Origin: Patescibacteria group bacterium
Lineage (GTDB): Bacteria; Patescibacteriota; Gracilibacteria; JAYELJ01
Direction of reading: 5' to 3'
Assembly (NCBI GenBank): GCA_034717395.1
Contig: JAYELJ010000025.1
Location: forward strand, 1-22,521
Length of the DNA: 22,521 nucleotides
Shown here: positions 1 through 10,100 of the stretch, in pieces
Position numbering within the stretch: the stretch's first letter is position 1
Layout of the letters: each line of letters begins with the position of its first letter
The notes under the pieces: generated by a model
What the model was told of the DNA's origin: nothing
Database searches by the model: none
What the model saw: the letters and a program-made list of their open reading frames with translations, nothing else
Program-made: the position numbers and the translations under genes

Positions 1-1
1 T

Positions 2-1147
2 TGTGTAACATTTACTGGAGGGCTCTATATAGGAAAATACTATAGTTATAATGAAGCAAGTATTTCTCTTCTTGGAAAAGAAATACCAATGGAGTCACTG
101 GAGTTGATGGTCGAAACTATCGAAGATAATTTCTATACACATGATATTCCAGAAGCAAAAGACATGGAATATTCTCTTGTTGGTGGATTGGTAGATGCTC
201 TGGGAGATCCTCATACATCATTTTTTCCTCCACAAGAATTAGAAGATTTTGAAGTAGCAGTAAATGGCGAGTTTTTTGGTATTGGAGCAGAGCTTTCGCA
301 AGAAGGTGATCGTATTATGGTAGTAGCTCCATTGGTCAACTCTCCAGCTGAAAAGGCAGGACTTATGGCAAAAGATCAAATCATTGCAGTAGATGGCGAG
401 GATTTTGATATGGAAGTCACTGTGTCAGATGCAGTAGAACAGATTCGTGGTCCACAAGGAGAAAAGGTAGTGCTTACCGTTTATAGAGAACAGGATAATC
501 TCATTACTGATATCGAAATTATTCGTGATCGTATTTTGCTTGATTCTCTCATTACCGAGTACCAAGATAACGGAGTATACTATGTCCGTATTACACAGTT
601 CGATAGTGATACTGCGTATGAATTTTCTCAATTTACTCAAAATGCTCTCGCAAATACAGAAGAACCTCTCGAAAAACTTATTCTTGATCTTCGAAACAAC
701 CCAGGTGGATACATGGATGCTGCGGTTTCTATTGCAAGTGAATTTCTTCCTTTGGCAGGGGTAGTAGTGACCAGGCGAGATCAGACAGGAGATGTGTCTT
801 TGTATGCTCATGGGAATAATCCTCTTGCAGATACCCCTGTGGTGCTTCTGATCAACGAAGGTTCTGCTTCTGCTTCAGAGATCTTGGCGGGTGCTCTCTC
901 GTATCATATGGGTGCTCAGGTGTTAGGTCAGACGAGTTATGGAAAAGGTTCTGTACAAGAGCTGATTCCATTCAATGATGGAGGTTCTCTAAAAATTACA
1001 GTAGCAGATTGGCTCTTGCCAGACGGTTCTAATATAAATGGGACAGGGATAGTTCCGGATATAGAGGTGGAGTTTGATATAGATGCATTTCTCGAAAAAG
1101 GAACAGATACGCAGCTAGAGAAAGCTATGGAGATAATACAAGAGTAG
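2..1147 (+). CDS. S41-family C-terminal processing (tail-specific) peptidase with PDZ domain; 5' end cut by the window edge
   Basis: The frame is open from nt 2 to TAG at 1145-1147, so the ATG at 89 is internal. PDZ-like FGIGAEL...GDRIMVVAPLVNSPAEKAGL. S41 catalytic motifs NEGSASASEI (Ser) and SYGKGSVQ (Lys). Confidence 0.9.
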   Translation, partial: CVTFTGGLYIGKYYSYNEASISLLGKEIPMESLELMVETIEDNFYTHDIPEAKDMEYSLVGGLVDALGDPHTSFFPPQELEDFEVAVNGEFFGIGAELSQEGDRIMVVAPLVNSPAEKAGLMAKDQIIAVDGEDFDMEVTVSDAVEQIRGPQGEKVVLTVYREQDNLITDIEIIRDRILLDSLITEYQDNGVYYVRITQFDSDTAYEFSQFTQNALANTEEPLEKLILDLRNNPGGYMDAAVSIASEFLPLAGVVVTRRDQTGDVSLYAHGNNPLADTPVVLLINEGSASASEILAGALSYHMGAQVLGQTSYGKGSVQELIPFNDGGSLKITVADWLLPDGSNINGTGIVPDIEVEFDIDAFLEKGTDTQLEKAMEIIQE

Positions 1148-1148
1148 C

Positions 1149-1177
1149 TTGATATCGTGTGTTGTATCAATTAGAAT
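1149..1177 (+). promoter_or_regulatory. Sigma70-type promoter for hicBA: TTGATA-17 nt-TAGAAT, with an inverted repeat TTGATA...TATCAA (1149-1170) over the -35 and spacer
   Basis: TTGATA at 1149-1154, TAGAAT at 1172-1177, exact 17-nt spacer, about 35 nt upstream of the hicB ATG. Arms of the 6-bp inverted repeat are at 1149-1154 and 1165-1170. Confidence 0.5.
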
Positions 1178-1211
1178 ACATATGAAATTATATTTCTAAA
1201 AAATATTAAAT

Positions 1212-1472
1212 ATGTCACAATATTATGTTTTATTTGAGACAGAAGATAATGGGACTATTACAGTATCTGTTCCAAGTTTGCCAGGGTGCTATAGTAATGG
1301 GCAAACTATAGAAGAAGCAACGAGTAATATCCAAGAAGCAATTCAATTGTACCTCAGTGTAGCAAAAGAACGTAATGAGCAAGATGTTTTAGATCATGAT
1401 GATTCAAGAGTTGTAGTGCAAAGTCTTATGGTAAATACTTCTTCAATGAATAATATCCATAATTATGCCTAG
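1212..1472 (+). CDS. hicB: HicB-family antitoxin (UPF0150 / HicB-like fold)
   Basis: YYVLFETEDNGTITVSVPSLPGCYSNGQTIEEATSNIQEAIQLYL matches the HicB N-terminal signature (PdLPGC..qGeT.eEA..n..EAi). Overlaps the next gene by 8 nt (ATGCCTAG). Confidence 0.8.
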   Translation: MSQYYVLFETEDNGTITVSVPSLPGCYSNGQTIEEATSNIQEAIQLYLSVAKERNEQDVLDHDDSRVVVQSLMVNTSSMNNIHNYA

Positions 1473-1677
1473 TGTTTCAGGAAAAAAGTTAGTGAAATTG
1501 CTTCAATGATTTGGTTATGCTGTTATTAGACAAACTGGTAGTCATGTCGTTCTTGTGAAAGAATGAAATAATAAAAATATTGTAATTCCTATTCATGGAA
1601 ATAAGGATTTGGGATATGGACTGATTCTGAAAATCATCAAAGATGCTGAAGTGAGTAAGTCGGATATAGGTTTATAG
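1465..1677 (+). CDS. hicA: HicA-family mRNA interferase toxin, 70 aa, with two in-frame TGA (Gly) codons at 1507-1509 and 1564-1566
   Basis: Absent from the standard-code ORF track. With TGA=Gly it reads MPSVSGKKLVKLLQ-G-FGYAVIRQTGSHVVLVKE-G-NNKNIVIPIHGNKDLGYGLILKIIKDAEVSKSDIGL. This is the HicA pattern (K.L.k.GF...rq.GSH....; iP.H..k.l..g.l..Il.). Ends at TAG 1675-1677. Confidence 0.8.
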
Positions 1678-1690
1678 TTATTACTCATTC

Positions 1691-2422
1691 ATGTATAAAA
1701 ACCTCCCATATTTTAACGGTGATAAAAAAGATCTTCTTCGGTATTTGAATCAGAAGATTTCAAAGAAACAAACTCCTATTCAAATAGCAACAGTGAATCC
1801 AGAGTTTATTTTGGAATCAAGAAAGAATACTGCGTTTTTTCAGACTCTTCAGAATAGTCTGTGTGTTGTAGATGGAAAAGGCTTGCAATCAGCACTTTCT
1901 TTGTTTGCTTCGAAAAAGTATCCTCGAATTACCGGATCAGATTTTATATATGATCTGATGGCTTTTTCTGAACAAAAAAAACTACGTGTCGCATTAGTTG
2001 GAGCACAAGACGGTGTTGCTGAAAAAACTGCAAGCAAATTGAAAGAGAAATATTCAGAGCTACATGTTGTGTACGCATGAGTTGGGTATTTTGCAGAATC
2101 GGAAAAAAGAAAATTCTTAAATCAGCTGCAAGTCTGCAAACCTGATGTAGTCTGTGTTGCTTTCTGAGCATCAAAACAAGAACTATTTATATCAGAAGAT
2201 CTTTTTCGATATGTAAAAAGTGTGAAAATAGCTATTGGTCTTGGAGGAACATTCGATTATGTTGCGGGGGAAGTGGATCTCGCTCCAGATTGGATGAGAG
2301 TATATGGGATAGAGTGGCTGTATAGGCTTATCACACAACCATCACGCTGGAAACGTATAATGAATGCGGTGATCATCTTTCCTTTGTATGTGTTTTGGTT
2401 ATTTTTGACTCGACAAAAGTAA
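1691..2422 (+). CDS. WecG/TagA/CpsF-family (GT26) glycosyltransferase, 243 aa, with two in-frame TGA (Gly) codons at 2078-2080 and 2165-2167
   Basis: Track ORFs 1691-2080 and 2222-2422 share a frame (offset 531 nt). The joined sequence reads ...LHVVYA-G-VGYFAESEKRKFLNQLQVCKPDVVCVAF-G-ASKQELFI...GLGGTFDYVAGEVDLAPDWMRVYGIEWLYRLITQPSRWKRI. The second TGA falls on the conserved Gly of the family motif V(G/A)xG.PKQE. Confidence 0.87.
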
Positions 2423-2466
2423 TATGTTTTGTTAGTATTTTGTGGATTTTGATAAAGGGGGATATT

Positions 2467-2895
2467 ATGAGTAAAAATTATATGGTGACAGGTGGAGTAG
2501 AGAGATCTGGTAGACATGGGTCTGCTAAAAAAGCCCAAGCTCAATCTAAGAAATCTTTTGAAGAGAGAAGAGATATGTTTTTTGAGAATCATGGTTTTGA
2601 ACAATCAAGAAATGAATTAAATGACTTGAAAGCAGCCTATGCACAGTGGGTAGCGGCAGGATATAATGGTTTAGACCTGAAGAGAAAATTGGTAAAACTA
2701 GGATTTGAGAGTACTGTTTCTGATGATGCAAAAACAGAAAAAACAGTACGAATTATAAAACCAGGGTTTGAAGATATTATGCCTGATGGGTATGAGGCGA
2801 GGGTCTTGGTATGAGCACTAATAATACAAGTTTATGTGTTCTTGGTGAGCACAAAGAGGAGTCTGTGACTCTTAGTGATTTACAAGAGCTTGTAG
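2467..2895 (+). CDS. Hypothetical protein. The standard-code end is TGA 2812-2814; the table-25 end is TAG 2893-2895.
   Basis: ATG 2467 follows a strong SD (AAGGGGG at 2455-2461, 5-nt spacing), so the track's 2395 start is less likely. No recognisable family. Under table 25 the protein gains a 27-aa tail (GALIIQVYVFLVSTKRSLGLLVIYKSL) that overlaps the next gene by 85 nt. Confidence 0.55.
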
Positions 2896-3164
2896 AAAAG
2901 AAGAATACAGAAACAGGATCTATGATTCTATTGCCTGTGATAACAACAGGGTCATTTGGCTATGGTTGTTCTCGGTGTGGGATGATATGGATCGAGAATG
3001 GTTGTTCTCTGTCAGGACAAAACGCTGATGATACAGAGGTTATAGAAGGTGTTACTTATAATGAGTATTTGGAATATTGGCAAGATATGCATGATATGCA
3101 TGATGAGTTTCTTAAAGATTTTATTATGCAAGGGTGATTTATGAACACCAAAATTCAAGTGTAG
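2811..3164 (+). CDS. Hypothetical protein with a CxxC motif (GYGCSRCGMIW). The standard-code end is TGA 3135-3137; the table-25 end is TAG 3162-3164.
   Basis: The ATG at 2811 overlaps the preceding TGA as ATGA. 108 aa to the TGA, plus 9 more codons (GFMNTKIQV) under table 25. No recognisable family. Confidence 0.55.
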
Positions 3165-3200
3165 ATCAAAAATACTCAATTTATATTGGGTGTTTTTTTG
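3145..3200 (+). terminator. Possible rho-independent terminator after the 2467-3164 gene pair
   Basis: ACACCAA (3145-3151) can pair with TTGGGTGT (3186-3193) with one bulge, followed by a T7 run (3193-3199). The loop is long (~34 nt), so confidence is low. Confidence 0.3.
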
Positions 3201-3348
3201 TTTTGAAAATACAAATGACACATTTTGCTATTGTTGTTTTATGTATATATTGCTTTTGCATTAAGATTGTATAATCTATATATTATTCCTTGCTTAACAA
3301 AGGCGACAAGTGAGAATTTGACAGTTGTGTTTTTTTGATGTTTTTGCT

Positions 3349-3376
3349 TTACATTAGAGGATAAAAAAACTAATAT
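3349..3376 (+). promoter_or_regulatory. Candidate promoter TTACAT-16 nt-TAATAT driving a short transcript or the rpoB leader
   Basis: TTACAT at 3349-3354 and TAATAT at 3371-3376. A consensus TTGACA at 3318-3323 has no good -10 partner. Confidence 0.3.
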
Positions 3377-3455
3377 ATTGTGGCTTACAAGAGTAACCCC
3401 ACCATACGTTTAATGCGAATTAGTCCGGTAATAACGAACTAGCATGTAAATTGAT

Positions 3456-3492
3456 CTAAAACATAATTGATGTTTTAGGGGTTTTTGTTTTT
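3456..3492 (+). terminator. Rho-independent terminator or attenuator 30 nt upstream of the rpoB start
   Basis: Perfect 9-bp stem CTAAAACAT (3456-3464) / ATGTTTTAG (3470-3478), 5-nt loop, then GGGG TTTTT G TTTTT. Confidence 0.6.
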
Positions 3493-3522
3493 ATTATATT
3501 TTTTAATTTTTCTCTATAGCTT

Positions 3523-6500
3523 ATGGCTCCGAAGAAAACTTCCAAAGCACCGGAAAAAGTATATGCTAATGCAGATAGGTATTCTGCAGCACGTGAGTTT
3601 ATTTATCGTAGAAAGGAATCTCTTGGGCTTCCTGACTTGATAGAAGTACAGCTCAATTCATATGAGTGGTTTTTGACAGATGGGCTTGCTGCTCTTCTTT
3701 CAGAAGTTTCTCCTATTTCGGATTTTCAAAATGAAAAATTAGAACTCAGCTTTTCTGATCATTATATTGGGACTCCAAAATATGACGAAGAACAGGCTGC
3801 AGACAAAGGGGTGACATACGAAGCTCCTTTGACAGTAAAAGCGGAACTTTTGAATAAAGAAACAGGAGAAATTTCTCACCAAGAAGTATATGTTGGTGGT
3901 ATTCCAATGATGACAGATCGTGGGACTTTTATCGTAAATGGGGTAGAGCGTGTAATCGTAAATCAACTGGTTCGTAGTTCTGGGGTGTTCTTTTCTCGTG
4001 ATCTTGTCCTTACAGATCGTTATAACTTCAAACTTATTCCAAATCGTGGGGCGTGGATCGAAGTAGAAACAGATAAAGGAGATACTCTTTCTATCAAAGT
4101 AGATCGTAAACGTAAGATTTCTGTTACTGCATTCTTACGTGCTCTTGGATATTCCACAGACAAAGAGATTCATGATCTTTTTGCTGATGTTCTCGATCCA
4201 GAGCGTGATTTTATACTCAATACTCTTGAAAAAGATACAACATCAACCACAGATGAAGCGCTTCAATCTGTGTATAAAAAACTTCGCCCAGGGGATCTTG
4301 CAACAGCAGATAATGCCAAAACTCTTGTAAATCAAATGTTCTTTGATTATCGTCATTATGATATTGGTCATGTAGGTCGTTACAAGATCAATCAACGTAT
4401 TGGTGTAGATCGTCCAGAAACAGAAGAAAATTTTGTATTTAATACAGAAGATTTTATTGAAATGGTTCGTGAACTTATTCGTATGAATAATACAAGTGGA
4501 GTAGCTGTTTCTGATGATATCGATGCTCTTGATAACCGTCGTGTTCGTAGTGTAGGGGAGCTTGTTCAAAACAAATTTCGTGTTGGTTTGCTTCGTTCTG
4601 AGCGTATTGTGAAAGATCGTATGTCGACACTCGATCTTGAAAAGCTTACTGCTCAACAATTGATCAATTCGCATCCAATCAATGCAGCTCTTCGTGAATT
4701 CTTCTCGAGTTCTCAACTGTCGCAATTTATGGATCAAATCAACCCACTTGCGGAACTTGCTCATAAACGTCGTCTTTCTGCTCTTGGTCCTGGCGGACTT
4801 ACTCGTGAGCGTGCGTCGTTCGAAGTTCGTGATGTACATACTACGCATTATGGTCGTGTATGTCCTATTGAAACACCGGAGGGACCAAATATTGGTCTGG
4901 TAGTACAGCTTGCAACTTTTGCAAAAGTAAATCGTTATGGTTTTCTCGAAACACCATTTCGTACTATTAAAAACACTGTTCCAAATAAAAAAGAAGATCT
5001 TATTGAACGTCGTTTTATCCATGATTTTGAAGTGAAAGGAAAAGTTATTGCACAGAAAGATACTGTGATCGATGAAAAACTGGCAGATACAATTGTAAAA
5101 ATAAAAGATCTTACAGAGGTTCGTGTATGTCCATATGTGACAGAAGAAGTGAAGTATTACGATGCTTCATATCAAAAAGAAATGATTCAAGTGCCATTCT
5201 CGGTAGAAACAAATGAGAAAGGAGAGTTTGTAGAACGTCGTGTAGCAGCTCGTGTAGCAGGGGAACCAGCTATGGAGCATATCGATAATCTGACGCATAT
5301 GGATGTATCATCTATGCAAGTATTCTCAACAGATACGGCTCTTATTCCTTTTCTGGAACATGATGATAATGTACGTGCTGCTGTAGGTTCGAATCAACAG
5401 CGTCAAGCGGTTGCAGTAATTCGTCCAGAGGCTCCTTTTGTTGGTACTGGTCTCGAACATGTCGCTGCCAAAAATTCAGGACAAGTAGTTGTTTCTGATA
5501 ATGAAGCAGAGGTGGTATATGTAGATGGACAAAAGATTGTAACAGTAACAGATTCTGGAGATCAGTTTACGTACGAACTTCGTAACTTTGCTCGTACCAA
5601 TCAAGGAACACTTCTTCATCAGAGTCCTATCGTATCAGAAGGACAATGGGTGAAAGAAGGTCAGATCATGGCGCAAGGTCCAGCGATCGAAGGAGATGAA
5701 CTAGCTCTCGGTCAAAATCTTCTTGTAGCATATATGCCATTTCATGGGTATAACTTTGAGGATGCGATTGTAATTTCAGAAAATGTTGCTCGTGATGGGT
5801 TGTTTGATTCAGTTCATATCGAAGATCATCAAATCGATCTTCGTGATACAAAACTGGGAACAGAACAATTCACTCGTGATATTCCAAATATCGGAGGAGA
5901 CAAGCTCAAAGATCTTAATGAAGAAGGGTTTGTTCGTATTGGTGCAGAGGTAGGAATAGGAGATATCCTTATCGGGAAAATTACTCCAAAAGGAGAAACA
6001 GAACTTACTCCAGAAGAACGTCTGCTTCGTGCTATCTTTGGAGATAAAGCAGCAGATGTAAAAGATACTTCTCTTCGTATCAACTCAGGAGAAAAAGGGA
6101 AAGTGATTTCTATCCGCGAATTTACTCGTCGTGATGGTTCAGATCTTCCTACAGGAGTACTCAAACGTATTGTTGTTTCGGTAGCCAAAATCAAACGTAT
6201 CTCTATCGGAGATAAAATGGCGGGACGTCATGGGAATAAAGGGGTTATCTCAAAAATTGTTCCTCGTGAAGATATGCCATTTATGGCTGATGGTACACCA
6301 GTAGATATTGTCCTCAATCCACTTGGGGTAATCTCTCGTATGAATCTTGGTCAAATTCTTGAAACGCATCTTGGATGGGTTTCCAAACAAAAAGGTGTGA
6401 AGATTGCTACGCCAGTACTGAATGGTGTGTCTGATACACAGATTCAAGAAATGTACAAAGAACTTGGTTCTTCAGAAGATGGAAAACTACAACTCTATGA

Positions 6501-7035
6501 TGGGTATACAGGGGAGGCATTTGAACAAACAACAACAGTTGGGTACAAATACATGCTGAAACTTTCTCATATCGTAGAAGATAAAATGCATGCTCGTTCG
6601 GTTGGTCCATACTCTCTTGTGACACAGCAACCTCTTGGAGGGAAAGCGCAACGAGGTGGTCAACGTTTTGGTGAGATGGAGGTGTGGGCTTTGGAAGCAT
6701 ATGGGGCGACTCATGTTCTTCAAGAAATGCTTACTATCAAATCAGATGATGTTCATGGTCGTGGGAAAGCATATGAATCAATTATCAAAGGAGAAAATCC
6801 AGAAAATCCATCGATCCCAGCTTCATTCCATGTACTGGTAAAAGAACTACAAGCTTGTGGTCTGGATGTGGAATTTATTGCGGACGATGGAAATGTAGTT
6901 GATATGAATGAAACAGCTATAGATATTATTGAAGAAGATTCAAAAGCACATTTATATAAAGATAAAGAAGAAGAAAAAGCCGTAGCAGAAGAATTTGCTG
7001 CACTGACAGAAGGAACAGCAACTCTAGAAGAATAA
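3523..7035 (+). CDS. rpoB: DNA-directed RNA polymerase subunit beta
   Basis: Uninterrupted 1170-aa ORF with canonical RpoB blocks (GTFIVNGVERVIVNQLVRS, RLSALGPGGLTRERA, ETPEGPNIGL, GDKMAGRHGNKGVISK, GGQRFGEMEVWALEAYGA). No in-frame TGA. Confidence 0.99.
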   Translation: MAPKKTSKAPEKVYANADRYSAAREFIYRRKESLGLPDLIEVQLNSYEWFLTDGLAALLSEVSPISDFQNEKLELSFSDHYIGTPKYDEEQAADKGVTYEAPLTVKAELLNKETGEISHQEVYVGGIPMMTDRGTFIVNGVERVIVNQLVRSSGVFFSRDLVLTDRYNFKLIPNRGAWIEVETDKGDTLSIKVDRKRKISVTAFLRALGYSTDKEIHDLFADVLDPERDFILNTLEKDTTSTTDEALQSVYKKLRPGDLATADNAKTLVNQMFFDYRHYDIGHVGRYKINQRIGVDRPETEENFVFNTEDFIEMVRELIRMNNTSGVAVSDDIDALDNRRVRSVGELVQNKFRVGLLRSERIVKDRMSTLDLEKLTAQQLINSHPINAALREFFSSSQLSQFMDQINPLAELAHKRRLSALGPGGLTRERASFEVRDVHTTHYGRVCPIETPEGPNIGLVVQLATFAKVNRYGFLETPFRTIKNTVPNKKEDLIERRFIHDFEVKGKVIAQKDTVIDEKLADTIVKIKDLTEVRVCPYVTEEVKYYDASYQKEMIQVPFSVETNEKGEFVERRVAARVAGEPAMEHIDNLTHMDVSSMQVFSTDTALIPFLEHDDNVRAAVGSNQQRQAVAVIRPEAPFVGTGLEHVAAKNSGQVVVSDNEAEVVYVDGQKIVTVTDSGDQFTYELRNFARTNQGTLLHQSPIVSEGQWVKEGQIMAQGPAIEGDELALGQNLLVAYMPFHGYNFEDAIVISENVARDGLFDSVHIEDHQIDLRDTKLGTEQFTRDIPNIGGDKLKDLNEEGFVRIGAEVGIGDILIGKITPKGETELTPEERLLRAIFGDKAADVKDTSLRINSGEKGKVISIREFTRRDGSDLPTGVLKRIVVSVAKIKRISIGDKMAGRHGNKGVISKIVPREDMPFMADGTPVDIVLNPLGVISRMNLGQILETHLGWVSKQKGVKIATPVLNGVSDTQIQEMYKELGSSEDGKLQLYDGYTGEAFEQTTTVGYKYMLKLSHIVEDKMHARSVGPYSLVTQQPLGGKAQRGGQRFGEMEVWALEAYGATHVLQEMLTIKSDDVHGRGKAYESIIKGENPENPSIPASFHVLVKELQACGLDVEFIADDGNVVDMNETAIDIIEEDSKAHLYKDKEEEKAVAEEFAALTEGTATLEE

Positions 7036-7107
7036 GAGAGAAGAATACTCTAGATCTTTGAATATAATATTTGCCTGTATTTTATCCGTCATTAATTATT
7101 TGTATAT

Positions 7108-10100
7108 ATGCTAGACAATCAAAACACTATTGGTTTACATGATTTCTCTTCGATTGCCCTATTGGTAGCTTCTCCTGAGAAGATTGCTGATTGGTCTCAT
7201 GGAGAAATCTTTAAACCTGAGACAATTAATTATCGTACTCAAAAACCAGAACGCGAAGGTCTTTTCTGTGAAAAGATTTTTGGTCCAACAAAAAACTGGG
7301 AATGTTACTGTGGAAAATATAAAAAGATTAAATATAAAGGAATTGTTTGTGAAAAATGTGGAGTAGAGGTAACACGAAGTGTTGTTCGTCGTGAACGTAT
7401 GGGGCATATCAAATTGGCTGTGCCTGTAGCTCATATTTGGTTCCTTCGTAGTACACCTTCTCGTATTGGTCTTCTTTTGGATCTTCCTATCAAGGCTTTA
7501 GAGCGAGTTGTTGGTTTTTCTGCTTACATTGTAAAATCTATCGATGAAGATGGTCGTACAAATGCTATCAAAGAACTGGAACAAGAATTCTCGGAAGTAG
7601 AATCATCAATGCAGGAAGAAGCTCGCGCAGAAATGCAAGCTTTGGAAGCAGCTGTTGCTGCAAAAGAAGCAAAAAAAGGTGAAATCAAAAAACTTCAAAA
7701 CAAACATCTCAAAGAGATGGATGCTTTTATCGAAGAATATGAAGCAATCAAACTTTCTCTTGAATCTCTCGAGGTAAACGGGATTGTTTCGGAAATGGAT
7801 TATGTTCGTCTTCGTATGCGTTTTGGTCATCTTTTTGATGCAGGAATCGGAGCAGAAGCTTTGTATGAAATCATCAAAGATATTGATCTGGAAGTTCTGA
7901 ATGGACAATTGCAAGATCAACTGAAACACGAAACAGGTATCAAACAAAAGAAAACATACAAACGTATCAAATTCATCCAAGGTTTGATCAAATCAAATAT
8001 TCGTCCAGAATGGATGATTCTTACGATTCTTCCTGTAATACCACCGGATCTTCGTCCAATGGTAGCTCTTGATGGTGGGCGTTTTGCGGCTTCTGATCTC
8101 AATGATCTCTATCGTCGTGTTATCAACCGTAATAACCGTCTTCGTCGTCTCCTTGAACTGGGAGCTCCAGAAGTTATCTGTCGTAATGAAAAACGTATTC
8201 TTCAAGAAGCGGTAGATGCTCTTTTGAATAATTCTGCTCGTGCAGGGAAAGCGGTATTCATTGCTGGAGATCGTCGTAAATATAAATCTCTTTCTGATAT
8301 TCTCAAGGGGAAACAAGGACGTTTCCGTCAAAATCTTCTAGGGAAACGTGTAGATTACTCTGGTCGTTCTGTAATTGTAGTAAACCCTACAATGAAAATG
8401 CATCAATGTGGTCTTCCAAAGAAAATGGCTCTTGAACTGTTCAAACCATTTGTTCTTGGAAAATTGGTACAAGATGGAATTGCTCATAATGTGAAATACG
8501 CAGAGCGTATGATCGAATGGGGAAGAAGTGAAGTGTGGGATGCTCTTGAAGAAGTGATTACTGATCACTATGTTCTTCTCAACCGTGCTCCAACACTCCA
8601 TCGTCTTGGTATCCAAGCGTTTCAACCACAACTGATCGAAGGGAAAGCTATTCAAATTCATCCGCTTGTGTGTGCAGCCTTTAATGCCGATTTCGATGGG
8701 GATCAAATGGCGGTGCATCTTCCTCTTTCTGCAGAAGCACAAGAAGAAGCAAAAACACTCATGGTTTCTTCTCGAAATCTTCTCAAACCTTCAGATGGAG
8801 AACCGATTATTAACCCTTCGCAAGATATGATTCTTGGTTGTTACTTTGTAACACAAGAGATCGATGGAGCAAAAGGAGAAGGTTCTATATTTGGATCATT
8901 CGAAGAAGCAAAATATGCATTTGATACAAAAAATATTGAATTCCAATCGAAAATCAAAATACGTATCGATGGGAAAATTCTAGAAACAACATATGGACGT
9001 GTTCTATTTAATAGAATTCTTCCTGAAACAATGGAGTTCAAGAATTATACATTTGGTAAGAGTCAATTGAAGAATTTGATGGCAGAAGTATTCGAAGTTT
9101 CTGATATGGAAACAACAGCACAAGTAGCGGATGCTATAAAAGACTTTGGTTTTGAATATGCTTCTGTATCTGGGATTACCATGTCGATCTACGACTTCCA
9201 TCTTCCTGGGAAAAAATCAGAATTTATTGATGCTGGTACAGATCTTACAGAGAAAATTAATACATTCTTCCGTTATGGTCTTCTTACTGAAGAAGAACGT
9301 TATCTTCATACTCTGAAGATTTGGAATCGTGTGAAAAAAGATATCGAAGGAGAAGTAAAAGTGTCATACGCAAAAGAAAATCCAGTATTTACCATGGTCG
9401 ATTCTGGAGCTCGTGCCAACTGGGGGAATATTACCCAAGTAGCTGGTATGAAAGGTCTGGTAGCTAATCCATCTGGTAAAGCGATCGAAGTACCGATTAA
9501 ATCGTCTCTAAAAGAAGGGTTCTCTATTCTTGAGTACTTTATTGGTACCCATGGAGGACGTAAAGGGAAAGCTGATACCGCTTTGAAAACAGCTTCTGCT
9601 GGTTACCTAACTCGTCGTCTGGTAGATTCTGTTCAAGATGTAATTATTCGTGAGGATGATTGTGGAACAGATAATGGATATATTGTAGATGCTAATCTAG
9701 AAGATGCTATCTCAGAACCGTTCAATGAACGTATCTTTGGTCGTACTCTCGTGAAACCAGCGTGTCACCCTGAAACAGGAGAAGTAATTGCAGATGCAGG
9801 AGTATTTATCGACAAAGAACTTTCTGAAACAATTGCAAATTCTGGTGTAGAGCAAGTAGAACTACGTAGTGTAATGACCTGTCGTACTGTATACGGTATT
9901 TGTAAAAAATGTTACGGAGCAGATCTTGCAAATAGATCAGAAATTGAAATTGGTTCGCCAGCTGGTATTATTGCTGCGCAATCTATTGGAGAACCTGGTA
10001 CACAGCTGACTATGCGTACTTTTCATATGGGAGGAGTTGCTTCTGAGGAAAAAGATATGACAGCCGGTCTCGAACGTGTAGAAGAATTATTTGAGTGTCG

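Noticed and set aside
2441-2460. DnaA-box-like TGTGGATTT, and TTATCCGTC at 7083-7091
   Set aside because: These are single imperfect matches (7/9) with no clustering and no adjacent AT-rich unwinding element, so they are not evidence for an origin.
4243-5022. 259-aa minus-strand ORF, plus other antisense or off-frame ORFs inside rpoB and rpoC (for example 5829-6194, 7606-7980, 7993-8331, 8338-8742, 10490-10849)
   Set aside because: They lie entirely inside the unambiguous rpoB and rpoC frames. Their composition is low-complexity (Phe/Ile/Lys/Asn/Thr-rich), typical of shadow ORFs in AT-rich DNA, and they carry no motifs.
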